Below are positions 40,027 to 50,314 of a stretch of 64,000 bases of DNA, one piece after another. Positions within the stretch are counted from its first letter, which is position 1; each line of letters opens with the position of its first letter. The stretch comes from an uncultured Spirochaetota bacterium (GTDB lineage Bacteria > Spirochaetota > Spirochaetia > SZUA-6 > Fen-1364): assembly GCA_963734545.1 (NCBI GenBank), contig CAVTHO010000007.1, positions 352,001-416,000 on the forward strand, written 5' to 3'. The notes below the pieces were generated by a model that saw only the letters and a list, made by a program, of their open reading frames with translations, was not told the origin of the DNA and did no database searches. Made by a program: the position numbers and the translations under genes.

Positions 40027-43005
40027 ATGGAAACCCGTGACAGGATCGGCGCATTCGACGTGCTTTCCCGACGCGAAATACCCGAGTATCGCGCGCGCGG
40101 CGTGCATCTTCGGCACACGCGCACCGGCTGCGAGGTCATGCACCTCGAGGCGGCGGATACCGAGAACCTGTTCGCGTTCTGCTTTGCCACCCCGCCGCGT
40201 GACGACACGGGTGTTTCGCACATCATCGAGCACTCCGTCCTGAGCGGCTCCCGCGCGTACCCGCTCAAGGAGCCGTTCTCCGCGCTCATGAAAGGAAGCA
40301 TGCACACCTTCCTCAACGCCCTGACCTATCCGGACAGGACCGTCTACCCGGCGGCAAGCTGCAATCGCGCGGACTTCTTCAATGTGCTCTCCGTGTATGG
40401 TGACGCGGTATTTCATCCCCTGCTCCGAAAGGAAACGTTCATGCAGGAGGCATGGCGCCTGGAGGAGGAGGGGAATGGAACCGGCGGTTTGAAATATGCC
40501 GGAATCGTCTACAATGAGATGAAGGGAGTCTACTCGAGTCCTGATTCCATCGTTGCGGAATTGACGACACGGTCGCTTTTTCCCGACACGCCCTACCGGT
40601 TCGATTCGGGCGGGGATCCCCGCTCCATACCCTCTCTCACGCTGGAGTCGGCACGCGAGTTTCACGCACGCTACTACCACCCCTCGAACTGCAAGATCTT
40701 CCTCTACGGTGATATCCCGCTGCCGGACGTCCTCGGATTCCTTGAGGAAAAATTCCTTTCGGATTTCGACGCGTCACGCATTGACGCCGGTATACCCGCG
40801 CAAAGACGCTGGGACAGCCCGCGGCGGCTGGAGAAGACCTACCCGGTCAAGCCGGATACCCCCCTGGAGGGAAGGACGAGCGTGACGGTGAGCTGGCTGC
40901 TGCCTGCCGTCACCGACTCGGTGGCGCTGGTGACGCATGAAGTCCTCTCCGAGGTTCTCATAGAGAGCGCCGGTTCTCCGCTCCGAAAAGCACTCGTCGA
41001 TTCCGGGCTGGGAGAGGATCTGTCCCCTGTCAGCGGGCTGGAAACTGACCTGAAGGAGATGATTTTTGCGGTAGGCCTGCGAGGGGCCGAGCCGGACAGG
41101 GAAAAGAAGATCGAATCGCTCATCCTGGACACTCTGCATGCACTCTCGAAGGACGGGCTGGATCGGAATCTTGTCCAGTCCATGATCAATCGGGTGGAGT
41201 TCAGGCACCGGGAGATAAGGGGCAATGGGTCCCCCTATGCGCTCCGCCTCATGGGCCGCGCGCTCCGCGGGTGGGTTCACGGCATGGATCCTTTTTCCTC
41301 CCTCGAGTTCTCCGCTTCAATGAAGGAATTGAAGGCGCGGTTCGCCGGGAACCCGCGGTACCTGGAGGAGTGCCTTGACCGGAGCTTTTTCTCCAATCCG
41401 CATCGACTCACCCTTCTTGTCCGTCCTGACAGGGGCCAGGAGGCGCGGGAGGCGGCGGAGGACAAGGAGCGTCTGGACGCAGCCATACGAAGCCTTTCCG
41501 CGGAACAGATGGAGGCGGTGCGGAGCGAAGCGCGGCTGTTCCGCGCGTACCAGCTGGCCCCGGATTCGCCGCAATCTCTGGCGCTCATCCCCTCCCTTCG
41601 ACGCGCCGACCTCCCGCGGGAGGTGGAGAAGATCCCGATCGTCGATACCCGGACCCCGTCGGGTATTCCACTGGCCCTGCATGACATTTTTACCAACGAG
41701 ATTGTCTACCTGGACCTCGCTTTTCCCACGAACGACTTGACGGGTGAGCTTTCACTCCTGCTCCCGCTCTTCGGCAAGACCGTGTGCGGGACCGGTCTCC
41801 CCGGCCTGCGCTACGACCAGGTTGCGCTGGAGCTCTTCCGCCTGACCGGCGGGTTTTCCGCTGCCCTTGATGCCGGGGGAATCGTCGGACAGCCGGACGG
41901 CATTGGCCAATATGCGTTCTTCCGGTTCCGTTGTCTGCGCCAGAATCTCCCCGAAGCGGCGAACCTGGTGGCCCGGCTGGTCCAGGCAGCCGATTTTCGC
42001 GACCTCGCGCGGCTTCGCGACATACTGGTCGAGCTCCGCAATGACATGAAAGCCGCCCTCGTTCCGGGAGGCCACCAGTTCGCGATGCTCCGGGCGGCCA
42101 GCATGCTCTCCGCATCGGTTGCGCGGGAAGAAGAGTGGCGCGGCATCACCCAGCTCCTTTTCCTGGAGGGGCTGGTGGAGGGTATAGACGAGAAGCTGCC
42201 CCGTATCGCCGAGCGGCTCGAGGAAATCCGCCGGACTCTCCTGGTCCGGCCCCGGCTGATCGCCAATGCCACCGCGGGGAGCGATTCATTCGCGCAGGTC
42301 GCCCGGGCGGTAGATCTCATTGCGGCAGGCTGCGCGGAGCGGCTCCCTGCGGGGGAGCATGGCAATGCATCGTCGCGGCCGGCGGCCCAGGCACCGCAGC
42401 AGGAAAAAATCCGCGCGGAATCGTTCCTTGCAAGCGCTTCCGTCGGGTACATTGCCCGTGCCATTCCCGGCTTCCACTACGACCACCCGCTGAACGGCCC
42501 GGGCGCGGTCCTCGGCCATCTTCTCTCGACGGGGTACCTCTGGGAAAAGGTGCGCATGGAAGGAGGCGCCTACGGGGCGTTCTCCTACCCGCGCAACACG
42601 GACGGGCTTTTCCTGTTCGGCTCCTACAGGGACCCGCATATCACGCACACCCTCCACGCCTTCGGCGACGGTTTGCAGCTGATGGAGAATGGCGAGCTTG
42701 CCGACACGGAGGTTGAGAAAGCGGTCATAGGCACGATCGGCCGGGAAGACCGACCCATCGACCCGGGGGAGAAGGGATTCGTCAGCCTGCAGCGCAAGCT
42801 GCACGGCGTCACCGACGCTGCCCGGCAGGCCCGCCGGGAGAGGCTCCTCGCGGTGGACAGGCGCGCGGTGGGTCGGGCTGCGGCGGCGCTCCAGGAAGGG
42901 TTCGCTCAGGGCTTCACGGCCATCATCGCCAACCGCCAGACGGTGGCGGATGCGGCGGTGGAAATGCCCGAGCTCGGCCGCAGGGTCGTCGATCTTCCCG
43001 AGTAG
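40027..43005 (+). CDS. M16C (presequence protease-like) insulinase-family peptidase
   Basis: HIIEH (HxxEH), FLNALTYPDRTVYP, VYNEMKG, GGAYG, SYRDP. Confidence 0.9.
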   Translation: METRDRIGAFDVLSRREIPEYRARGVHLRHTRTGCEVMHLEAADTENLFAFCFATPPRDDTGVSHIIEHSVLSGSRAYPLKEPFSALMKGSMHTFLNALTYPDRTVYPAASCNRADFFNVLSVYGDAVFHPLLRKETFMQEAWRLEEEGNGTGGLKYAGIVYNEMKGVYSSPDSIVAELTTRSLFPDTPYRFDSGGDPRSIPSLTLESAREFHARYYHPSNCKIFLYGDIPLPDVLGFLEEKFLSDFDASRIDAGIPAQRRWDSPRRLEKTYPVKPDTPLEGRTSVTVSWLLPAVTDSVALVTHEVLSEVLIESAGSPLRKALVDSGLGEDLSPVSGLETDLKEMIFAVGLRGAEPDREKKIESLILDTLHALSKDGLDRNLVQSMINRVEFRHREIRGNGSPYALRLMGRALRGWVHGMDPFSSLEFSASMKELKARFAGNPRYLEECLDRSFFSNPHRLTLLVRPDRGQEAREAAEDKERLDAAIRSLSAEQMEAVRSEARLFRAYQLAPDSPQSLALIPSLRRADLPREVEKIPIVDTRTPSGIPLALHDIFTNEIVYLDLAFPTNDLTGELSLLLPLFGKTVCGTGLPGLRYDQVALELFRLTGGFSAALDAGGIVGQPDGIGQYAFFRFRCLRQNLPEAANLVARLVQAADFRDLARLRDILVELRNDMKAALVPGGHQFAMLRAASMLSASVAREEEWRGITQLLFLEGLVEGIDEKLPRIAERLEEIRRTLLVRPRLIANATAGSDSFAQVARAVDLIAAGCAERLPAGEHGNASSRPAAQAPQQEKIRAESFLASASVGYIARAIPGFHYDHPLNGPGAVLGHLLSTGYLWEKVRMEGGAYGAFSYPRNTDGLFLFGSYRDPHITHTLHAFGDGLQLMENGELADTEVEKAVIGTIGREDRPIDPGEKGFVSLQRKLHGVTDAARQARRERLLAVDRRAVGRAAAALQEGFAQGFTAIIANRQTVADAAVEMPELGRRVVDLPE

Positions 43006-43018
43006 GATACGGCAACAG

Positions 43019-43945
43019 ATGAATCTCGAAGCATTCGTACTTGGCACCGGCGGCATGATGCCCCTGCCCGGCAGGGGGCTGACGTCCGTCCTCGTGCGGA
43101 GGGAAGGGGAGCTGTTCCTCTTCGACTGCGGGGAGGGCACGCAGATCGGCCTCCGGCGGTTGAACCTGCGATGGAAGAAAATCACGAGCATTTTCATCTC
43201 TCACACGCATGCGGATCACGTGACCGGCCTTCCCGGCATCCTTATGCTCTCTTCCCAGGTGGATCGGGACGAGCCGCTCTATATCTACGGGCCTCCGAAA
43301 ATCCGGGATTTTGTCGAGGCAATGCGGCGGACGCTCGACATGTACATCAACTATGAAATCGTCGTGCGGGAAGTGGAAGGGAGCCTGGTCCTCGTACAGG
43401 CCGAGGACTACGCAATCCGCTGTCACCCACTCGTCCATACGAAGCCGTGTCTCGCGTACAGCATCGAGGAGAACATGAGGCCGGGCATCTTCTTTCCCGA
43501 AAAGGCCCAGGCCCTCGGCGTGCCGCGCGGTCCGATGTGGTCCCAGCTTCAGGGGGGAGAGAATGTGTGCCTCCCGGATGGAACGGTCGTGCAGCCCGCC
43601 CAGGTCATGGGAAGCGAGCGGAAGGGGAGGAAGTTCTGCTTTGCCACGGACACGGTCGTCGCTCCCGGTCTCGCGGAGTTTGCGAGAAACGCTGATCTGT
43701 TCATTTGCGAAGGAATGTTCGCGGACGAGCTGGCGGAAAGCGCCGCGGACAAGAAGCACCTGACGGCGACCCAGGCAGCGCGCATTGCGAGGGAAGGCGC
43801 CGTGAAACAGCTCGGCCTCATCCACTACAGCCCGCGCTATTCCGAGCGGGAGCTGAAGAAACTACTGGGGGAGGCGCGCGAGATATTCCCCGCGTCGTTT
43901 CTCACAAAGGACCTTCAACACATCGAGATGCCCTTCGACGATTAA
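43019..43945 (+). CDS. rnz: ribonuclease Z
   Basis: LGTGG, DCGEGTQ, SHTHADH, GVPRGP arm, IHYSPRY. Confidence 0.9.
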   Translation: MNLEAFVLGTGGMMPLPGRGLTSVLVRREGELFLFDCGEGTQIGLRRLNLRWKKITSIFISHTHADHVTGLPGILMLSSQVDRDEPLYIYGPPKIRDFVEAMRRTLDMYINYEIVVREVEGSLVLVQAEDYAIRCHPLVHTKPCLAYSIEENMRPGIFFPEKAQALGVPRGPMWSQLQGGENVCLPDGTVVQPAQVMGSERKGRKFCFATDTVVAPGLAEFARNADLFICEGMFADELAESAADKKHLTATQAARIAREGAVKQLGLIHYSPRYSERELKKLLGEAREIFPASFLTKDLQHIEMPFDD

Positions 43946-43972
43946 CCTGTACCGGGCAGACGAAGTCCGCCC

Positions 43973-44716
43973 TCAACAATTCGAGCGGTGCCCCGCGTTG
44001 GCCTCGTACGCCGATATCCTCGCGGCAAACCCTGCCAGGGCGTCGAACGTCTCTTTCCGGGCGGCTGCCGCGTCACCCGCGAGCACGGCGGCCGCGATCC
44101 TTCGGTTGGCAGGCAGGACCTCGGCATTATAGGCGATCTCTTCGGGCGTCATGCCCACGTCCCCGATGGACAGGGAGAACTCCGCGTCCATGAACAGGCG
44201 CATCAGAAGCTCCTCCACGACCTTGAGGAGCCGGTTTCCCGTGAGCTCTGCCAGAAGGATGTAGAACTCCCATCCTCTCTTCGAGCCGCCGTGGGTCCTG
44301 AAATCGCATTCGTGTGCCGCAAGGAGAGAGGAGATTCTCGCGGCCCCCTCCGGGGTCATCTGCCGGGCCGCGGCTTCCGCGATCACGGGCTCGATAAGCT
44401 GCCGGGCCTGCATCAGATCGGCGAGAGAAAGGTGCGTCAGGCTCAGGTAGTTGGCAAGCACGCTGATTCCCATTGTAGGGGCCATGTCGAGCACTATGTT
44501 CCCCCCGCCGGGTCCGCGCTTGCGCGTGATATGCCCGTATTTTTCCAGGGTCTGGAGGGCCTCACCGAGGACGGTCTTGCTCACGTGAAATCGCTCGACC
44601 AGGTTGAACTCCGGCGGCAGGCGGTCCCCCGGCTTCAATTTGCCTTCCAGGATCATTTTCCATATCTCTTCGACAATCAGATCGGATTCTTTTTGCGGCG
44701 CACTCGCGCTTCTCAT
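43973..44716 (-). CDS. FadR-subfamily GntR regulator
   Basis: LKPGDRLPPE..L...F.VS winged HTH plus FCD-like C-terminus. Confidence 0.85.
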   Translation of the reverse strand: MRSASAPQKESDLIVEEIWKMILEGKLKPGDRLPPEFNLVERFHVSKTVLGEALQTLEKYGHITRKRGPGGGNIVLDMAPTMGISVLANYLSLTHLSLADLMQARQLIEPVIAEAAARQMTPEGAARISSLLAAHECDFRTHGGSKRGWEFYILLAELTGNRLLKVVEELLMRLFMDAEFSLSIGDVGMTPEEIAYNAEVLPANRRIAAAVLAGDAAAARKETFDALAGFAARISAYEANAGHRSNC

Positions 44717-44746
44717 TTGCGCAGATAGTAGATTCTGCGCAGCCGC

Positions 44747-44756
44747 TTGTCTACAA
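44747..44756. promoter_or_regulatory. candidate GntR/FadR operator
   Basis: TTGT-CT-ACAA in the divergent gap. A second inverted repeat TGCGCAGA-N8-TCTGCGCA lies at 44718-44741. Confidence 0.4.
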
Positions 44757-44837
44757 AAATCCCCGGCCGGGCAATTGCTCAGGCATCGTGCGGCCCGGGC
44801 TCTGGACGAGAGGGCGAAGGCCCTTTAGGCTGACCGG

Positions 44838-45762
44838 ATGAAGATTGCCATGATCGGGTCGGGGGCCATGGGCTCCCTTTTCGGGGGAAAGCTTTCGCTC
44901 GCCGGACATGAAGTCGTCCTCTACGACGTGTACGAGGAGCATGTGGAAAAGGTCGCGCGGGACGGGCTTTGCATCGAGGATGCCGCCACGGGTGCGGTCA
45001 CCACGGCCCGCCCTCGGGCGAGCGTTGACCCCGGAGCCGTCGAGGGATCAGAGGTTCTCGTGTTCTTCGTCAAGTCGACGGCAACCGGGCAGGCGGCGGC
45101 CCAATTTGCGCCGTTCGCGGGAAAAGATACAATCGCTCTCACACTCCAGAACGGCCTGGGCAATGAGGGGATCATCCGCCGCTTCTTCGGCCCCGAGAGA
45201 ACAGCGGCAGGGGTCACCTCCCAGGGTGCGACATTCCTCGGTCCCGGCCGCATCCGGCATGCCGGCAAGGGACCCACCCATATCGCCATGTCGGACGGGA
45301 AGAACGAGAAGCTCGCCGCACTTGCGGAGGCTCTGGGCAGGGCCGGATTCGAGACTCACGTGGAGAAAGACGTGGCCGCGCTCGTGTGGAGCAAGCTGGT
45401 GATCAATGTGGGCATCAACGCGCTCACGGCAATCAGCGGGCAGCCCAACGGGAAGCTGCTGGAGTCCGAGGAAGCGAAGGCTGTCATGGCGGACCTCGTG
45501 GCAGAAGCGGTGGCGGTGGCCAGGGCGAGCGGCATCCGCATTGCCTACGAGGACCCGCTTGCCACTGTCTACGGCGTGGCGGGAAGAACAGGGGCAAACC
45601 GCTCTTCCATGCTGCAGGATTTCGACAAGGGGCGTCGAGACGGAAATCGACTTCATGAACGGCGCAATCGTTCGGGAGGCTGCCGCCCGGGGCGTCGCGG
45701 TGCCCGTGAACCTCACCATCACCCGGCTGATCAAAATGCTGGAGAAGGCGGGGAAGGCGTGA
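44838..45762 (+). CDS. panE: 2-dehydropantoate 2-reductase (frameshift near 45638)
   Basis: GSGAMG, VKS, LQNGLG, WSKLVINVGIN, SSMLQD, then TEIDFMNG in the next frame. Confidence 0.85.
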
Positions 45763-47006
45763 TCAATGCGCGGGAAAAGAAGCTTCTCTCGCGTATCGAC
45801 CGGGATGAGCTCGTGCGCCTCACCTCGGATCTCGTGCGCATCGATTCCGTCATCCGGCCCGAAACAGGCGGCACCGAGCGGGACGTCGTCACCCATATCG
45901 CGGGCTGGATCAGACGCGAGCTCGCCCTGGAGCCATTGATCGATGAGGTGGAACCGGGCAGGCAGAACATCATCGTCACCCTCGATTCGGGCGTGCCGGG
46001 ACCGTGCCTCATGCTGGAAGGTCACACGGACGTGGTGAGCGAAGGCAGCCGGGAGAGCTGGACGCACGATCCCTTCGGAGGGGAAGTCATTGACGGGCGG
46101 ATCTACGGCCGGGGTGCCTGCGACATGAAAGCGGGGATCGCGGTTGCCCTCGCCGTCGTCAAGGCCTTCCGCACGGCGGGTGTCCCGTGGGCCGGCAGGA
46201 TCCGGCTGGGTCTCGTGTGTGATGAGGAAGGAATGATGCTCGGCATCAAGCATTTCATCCGCAAGGGGCACGCGGATGACGTCAATGCCTGTCTTGTGCC
46301 CGAGCCCGAAGAGAACAATCTCTGCCTCAGCATGAAGGGGGCTATCCGGGCCGTCCTGCGGGTGCACGGCAGGATGGCGCATGGAGCAATGCCGCTCGCG
46401 GGAATCAATCCCAACACGCGATTGGCGAGGATCATCCTCGCCTTCGAGCGGTTCGAGGCGGAAGAAAAGACCCGCTGCGGGAAGGACGAGTTCCTCGGGC
46501 TGCCCTCCGTCACTTTCACGGTGGTACAGAGTCCTCCGGCGGGAAGCCCTGCGCAGCTCAATGTCATGCCGGGCGAGGCACAGGCGTTCATCGACATCCG
46601 CACCACCCTGGCGCAGAACCATGATGCGGTCAGGGAGAACCTTCGCAGGATCCTCCGTGACCTTGCGGCGGCGGATCCTGACTTCAGCGCAGACTTGGAT
46701 TTCATCGAGGACCGCCCCGTGGTCGGTATCTCGAAGGAAGAGCCGATCGCCAGGGTGTCGGCGGAGGCATTCAGGGAGATAACGGGCAGGGAGCCGGTCT
46801 GGAACGGCGTGCCGGGCGCAACGGATGGCACCTTTCTCAGCTCCGAGAAGCACATCCCATGCCTGGTCAATGGTCCAGGCCCGCGCCACATTCCCCACCA
46901 GGCCGACGAGTACGTGGAGATCGACGAGCTGGAGGAATGCGCAAAGATCTACGTGCTTTCGGTGTCCAGGTACCTGTCTCAGACTGATATCTCAGGGACG
47001 CGTTGA
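45759..47006 (+). CDS. M20 (ArgE/DapE-like) amidohydrolase
   Basis: EGHTDVV, GRGACDMKAG, DEE, EPE, HQADE. GTG start overlaps the panE stop. Confidence 0.85.
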   Translation: MINAREKKLLSRIDRDELVRLTSDLVRIDSVIRPETGGTERDVVTHIAGWIRRELALEPLIDEVEPGRQNIIVTLDSGVPGPCLMLEGHTDVVSEGSRESWTHDPFGGEVIDGRIYGRGACDMKAGIAVALAVVKAFRTAGVPWAGRIRLGLVCDEEGMMLGIKHFIRKGHADDVNACLVPEPEENNLCLSMKGAIRAVLRVHGRMAHGAMPLAGINPNTRLARIILAFERFEAEEKTRCGKDEFLGLPSVTFTVVQSPPAGSPAQLNVMPGEAQAFIDIRTTLAQNHDAVRENLRRILRDLAAADPDFSADLDFIEDRPVVGISKEEPIARVSAEAFREITGREPVWNGVPGATDGTFLSSEKHIPCLVNGPGPRHIPHQADEYVEIDELEECAKIYVLSVSRYLSQTDISGTR

Positions 47007-47031
47007 CACGGGAGTACTGATTTTCTAAACT
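47003..47031 (+). promoter_or_regulatory. sigma70-like promoter for the ABC transporter genes
   Basis: TTGACA-N17-TAAACT. Confidence 0.55.
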
Positions 47032-47043
47032 CCGCTCAACGAT

Positions 47044-47811
47044 ATGGACGGCTGCCTGTTGCAAGTCACGGGTTTGAGCAAGTACTTCGGCGCCATCCAG
47101 GCGCTGAACGGAGTCGATATCGGCATTGCGGAAGGCAGCATACACGGGATCATCGGACCGAACGGGTCCGGGAAAACGACACTTTTCAATTGCGTGACAG
47201 GCCTGCTCAAGCCCACGGCCGGCCGGGTACTGCTGGAAGGCCGGGACATTACCCATCAGAGGCCGTCTCACATCGCGCACATGGGCGTCAGGCGCACATT
47301 CCAGGCAGGCAAGCTGGTCCCCGGCCTGACTGTGATCGAGAACGTGATGGCCGGGGTCAACGACGCGATAGGCAGGGCAACGGTCGATGCCGCCCTTCGG
47401 CTCCCATTCGTGCGTTCCCGGCGCGAGTCGGAAATAAGGGAGCGCGCGGCGCGCATTCTCGGGCTCGTCGGCATGGAGGAGAGCGCGGAACGCTGGGCAA
47501 GCGACCTGGTGTGGACAGAGCGGCAGCTCGTGCAGATCGCGCGCGCTCTTGTTGCAGAGCCGAAGCTTCTCCTCCTGGACGAGCCGGGCTCGGGCATGGG
47601 CCGCCGGGAAATCCAGAAGGTCGAGGAAATCATTCGCCGCATCCGGGACATGGGCATCACGGTCGTTGTGGTCAGCCACGACGTGAAGATGCTCATGAAC
47701 CTTTCGGATCTCGTCACGGTGCTGAACTTCGGGTTGAAGATCGCGGAAGGCGTGCCTGCCGAAATCCAGGCGGATCCCCGGGTGCTGGAGGCGTATCTTG
47801 GCGCTGAATAG
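47044..47811 (+). CDS. HAAT (Liv-type) ABC ATPase, LivG-like
   Basis: GPNGSGKTT, LLDEP, V.EAYLG. Confidence 0.9.
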   Translation: MDGCLLQVTGLSKYFGAIQALNGVDIGIAEGSIHGIIGPNGSGKTTLFNCVTGLLKPTAGRVLLEGRDITHQRPSHIAHMGVRRTFQAGKLVPGLTVIENVMAGVNDAIGRATVDAALRLPFVRSRRESEIRERAARILGLVGMEESAERWASDLVWTERQLVQIARALVAEPKLLLLDEPGSGMGRREIQKVEEIIRRIRDMGITVVVVSHDVKMLMNLSDLVTVLNFGLKIAEGVPAEIQADPRVLEAYLGAE

Positions 47812-48517
47812 CACGCCCCTGCTGTCCGTGGACAATCTTTCGGTCTCGTACGGGCACATCAATGCGCTGAAGGGCGCGACCCTCCAGGTGTTCCCCGGAG
47901 AGATCGTGGTGCTGATCGGCGCCAATGGGGCGGGCAAGACGACCCTCCTGGAGACGGTGCTCGGAATCAACGCGCTCACGACCGGCAGCATCAACTTCGA
48001 CGGCGCCTCCATCGGCGGGGTCAACGCGGACCGCAATGTGCGCGCGGGGCTGTGCCTCGTGCCGGAAGGCCGCGGAGTCTTTTCCTCGATGAACGTCCTG
48101 GACAACCTTCTCCTGGGCGCCCATCACAACATGCGCAATGTGGCCAGGAATCTGCGCCGCGTGTTCGACTGGTTTCCCATTCTCGAGAAGCGGCGGAACC
48201 AGATTGCGCGGACATTGAGCGGCGGGGAGCGCCAGATGCTGGCCATCGGCAGGGCGCTCATGTCCGCGCCGAAGCTCATCATGGTTGACGAGCCCTCCAT
48301 CGGGCTTGCCCCCATAGTCGTGAACGACATTTTCACCATCCTTGCGCGGCTCAACCACGAGGGATATGCAATTCTGCTCTCGGAGCAGAACGCCTACAAG
48401 GCCTTGAAATGCGCGCATCGCGGGTACGTGCTGGAAACAGGGGTGGTCACCCTCTCCGGAACCGCCGATGAGCTTCTGAATGACCCCGGCGTCAAAGAAG
48501 CGTATCTGGGAGCATAG
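47798..48517 (+). CDS. HAAT ABC ATPase, LivF-like
   Basis: GANGAGKTT, VPEGR, LSGGERQMLA, DEPSIGLAP. Confidence 0.9.
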   Translation: MALNSTPLLSVDNLSVSYGHINALKGATLQVFPGEIVVLIGANGAGKTTLLETVLGINALTTGSINFDGASIGGVNADRNVRAGLCLVPEGRGVFSSMNVLDNLLLGAHHNMRNVARNLRRVFDWFPILEKRRNQIARTLSGGERQMLAIGRALMSAPKLIMVDEPSIGLAPIVVNDIFTILARLNHEGYAILLSEQNAYKALKCAHRGYVLETGVVTLSGTADELLNDPGVKEAYLGA

Positions 48518-48519
48518 GA

Positions 48520-49404
48520 ATGCAGGTCTTCATTGCCCAGGTCATCAACGGATTGTCGCTCGGCAGCATATACGTGCTCCTTGTCACCGGCTTCAACCTT
48601 CTCCTCCTCGTTGCCATGATCATCCATTTCTCCTACCCGCAAGTCGTCGTATTCTCGATGTACATCGTGTGGGTCGTGCTGCGGGCCACGGGCAACAACC
48701 TGGTCCTCGGCATCCTGGCAGGAGTCGTCTCCTCTGTTGTGATCAACCTCATCTCGGCACCCCTGTTCCAGAAAGTGATGAAGAAACGCGGAGAGGTCGA
48801 CATCAACAGCACCATGGTCCTTTCGATGGGGATCGGGATGATCATCACGGATGTCCTCTCCCACACTTTCAACCAGGGATTGCCTATCGCGTTTCCCGAC
48901 GCTCTTGCAAGCGATGCGCCCATCGTGCGCCTCGGGCTCATCAGTGTCCTCACCGGACAGGTGTGGTCTCTTGCGGTCGGCATCGCGGCAGTCTCCGCTT
49001 TCTTCCTGCTTCTCTACAGGACCCGGCCGGGCAGGGCATTCCGCGCCATCGCGGAGGACCCGAACGGCGCGCGCCTGGTGGGAATTCCGCTCCTTCGGAC
49101 GGGACTGTACAGCTATGCGCTTTCGGGGGTGCTGGGCGGGGTCATCGCCGTGCTCCTTGCCATGCTTCTGGGATCCGCTTCGCCGGGGCTGGGCGAGCAG
49201 GTGGCGCACAAGGTGCTCGCCGTCTCCATCATCGCCGGACTGGGCCATCTCGCCGGCGGCTTGGTGGTAGGCCTCTTTCTGGGTATTCTTGAGGCAATCG
49301 TGCAGGGCTATATATCAGGCACATGGTCTGACGCGATTGCGTTCGTCATCATGCTGGTGGTGATACTGGCGAGGCCGAAGGGCCTTTTCGGCACCAAGCT
49401 CTAG
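48520..49404 (+). CDS. HAAT ABC permease, LivH-like
   Basis: INGLSLGSIY; GRAFRAIAED...ARLVGI; RPKGLFG. Confidence 0.85.
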   Translation: MQVFIAQVINGLSLGSIYVLLVTGFNLLLLVAMIIHFSYPQVVVFSMYIVWVVLRATGNNLVLGILAGVVSSVVINLISAPLFQKVMKKRGEVDINSTMVLSMGIGMIITDVLSHTFNQGLPIAFPDALASDAPIVRLGLISVLTGQVWSLAVGIAAVSAFFLLLYRTRPGRAFRAIAEDPNGARLVGIPLLRTGLYSYALSGVLGGVIAVLLAMLLGSASPGLGEQVAHKVLAVSIIAGLGHLAGGLVVGLFLGILEAIVQGYISGTWSDAIAFVIMLVVILARPKGLFGTKL

Positions 49405-49414
49405 GGAGGACGAC

Positions 49415-50305
49415 GTGCCGCTGCCTTTGTACTATTTTCTCGCCATCACGGCCGTCAACGTGCTCATGGCATGGGCGCTGTACCTCCCTTACCGCGTGGG
49501 CCACCTGCACTTCATCACCGTTGCCAACATGGCGATATCGGGCTACACGGCTGCCTGGCTCGTGATGTCCCTGCACGTGCCGTTCGGATGGGCCCTTCTC
49601 GTCGGTTTTGCCCTCGGCGGGATCCTGGGATACATCGTTTCTCTTTTCATCGGTGATGCCCCCACATTCGCCGTGGTGATCGTCGGGTTCACTTTCATCT
49701 ACATAACCCGTACCGTCATCGAAAACCTCAAGGCCGTGGGCGGGACCATGGGAATGTTCGGCCTGCCCAATATCGCCGGAAATCCCGCTGCCCACAGGTG
49801 GATCATCCTCGCGATCCTGTACGGCCTGCTGCTTCTGGTGGGATTTCTCATCCATCGCTTCGACCATTCGCAGCTGGGCCGGGCCGCCTCCGCGGTGTTC
49901 GTTGACAAGGACCTGGCCGCGTCTCTCGGCGTGGATATCCGAAGGCTCGGCATGCAGCTGCAGACGTTCAGCTGCACGATCGCGGGCGGGTGCGGAGTTC
50001 TGTACGGCTTCATCTACAAGAGCTTCCACCTGGATTTCTTCACGTTCGCGCTCGTCGGCATCGCCATGACGATAATCTTCGTGGGCGGGTACGCGACGAT
50101 GTGGGGTTCTCTCGTCCTCGCGCCCATCCTGTACGGTGTCCCGCTCCTGTTTCCGCCCGCCATCCAGTCCTGGCGGATCGTGATCTATGGCGCGCTCCTG
50201 ATTCTCGTGCTCGTGCTGAAACCGGAAGGGTTTGTCACACGGCGGTTCGTCTATTCCCTTGAATCCTTTCTTTCGGGAACCCGGAAGAAAAGAAATACTC
50301 TGTGA
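49415..50305 (+). CDS. HAAT ABC permease, LivM-like
   Basis: S.LGRA....D..LA.SLGVD; IFVGG; KPEG. Confidence 0.85.
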   Translation: MPLPLYYFLAITAVNVLMAWALYLPYRVGHLHFITVANMAISGYTAAWLVMSLHVPFGWALLVGFALGGILGYIVSLFIGDAPTFAVVIVGFTFIYITRTVIENLKAVGGTMGMFGLPNIAGNPAAHRWIILAILYGLLLLVGFLIHRFDHSQLGRAASAVFVDKDLAASLGVDIRRLGMQLQTFSCTIAGGCGVLYGFIYKSFHLDFFTFALVGIAMTIIFVGGYATMWGSLVLAPILYGVPLLFPPAIQSWRIVIYGALLILVLVLKPEGFVTRRFVYSLESFLSGTRKKRNTL

Positions 50306-50314
50306 GGAGGATAT

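Noticed and set aside
32622-46898. Long antisense ORFs (e.g. 32622-34250, 45048-46898, 5' extension of 38938-40680)
   Set aside because: Shadow ORFs of high-GC coding strands with no recognisable motifs.
44838-47006. 722-aa PanE-M20 fusion protein
   Set aside because: The conserved PanE end (TEIDFMNG...) lies in another frame and stops at 45762, overlapping the M20 GTG. The fusion results from a one-base insertion.
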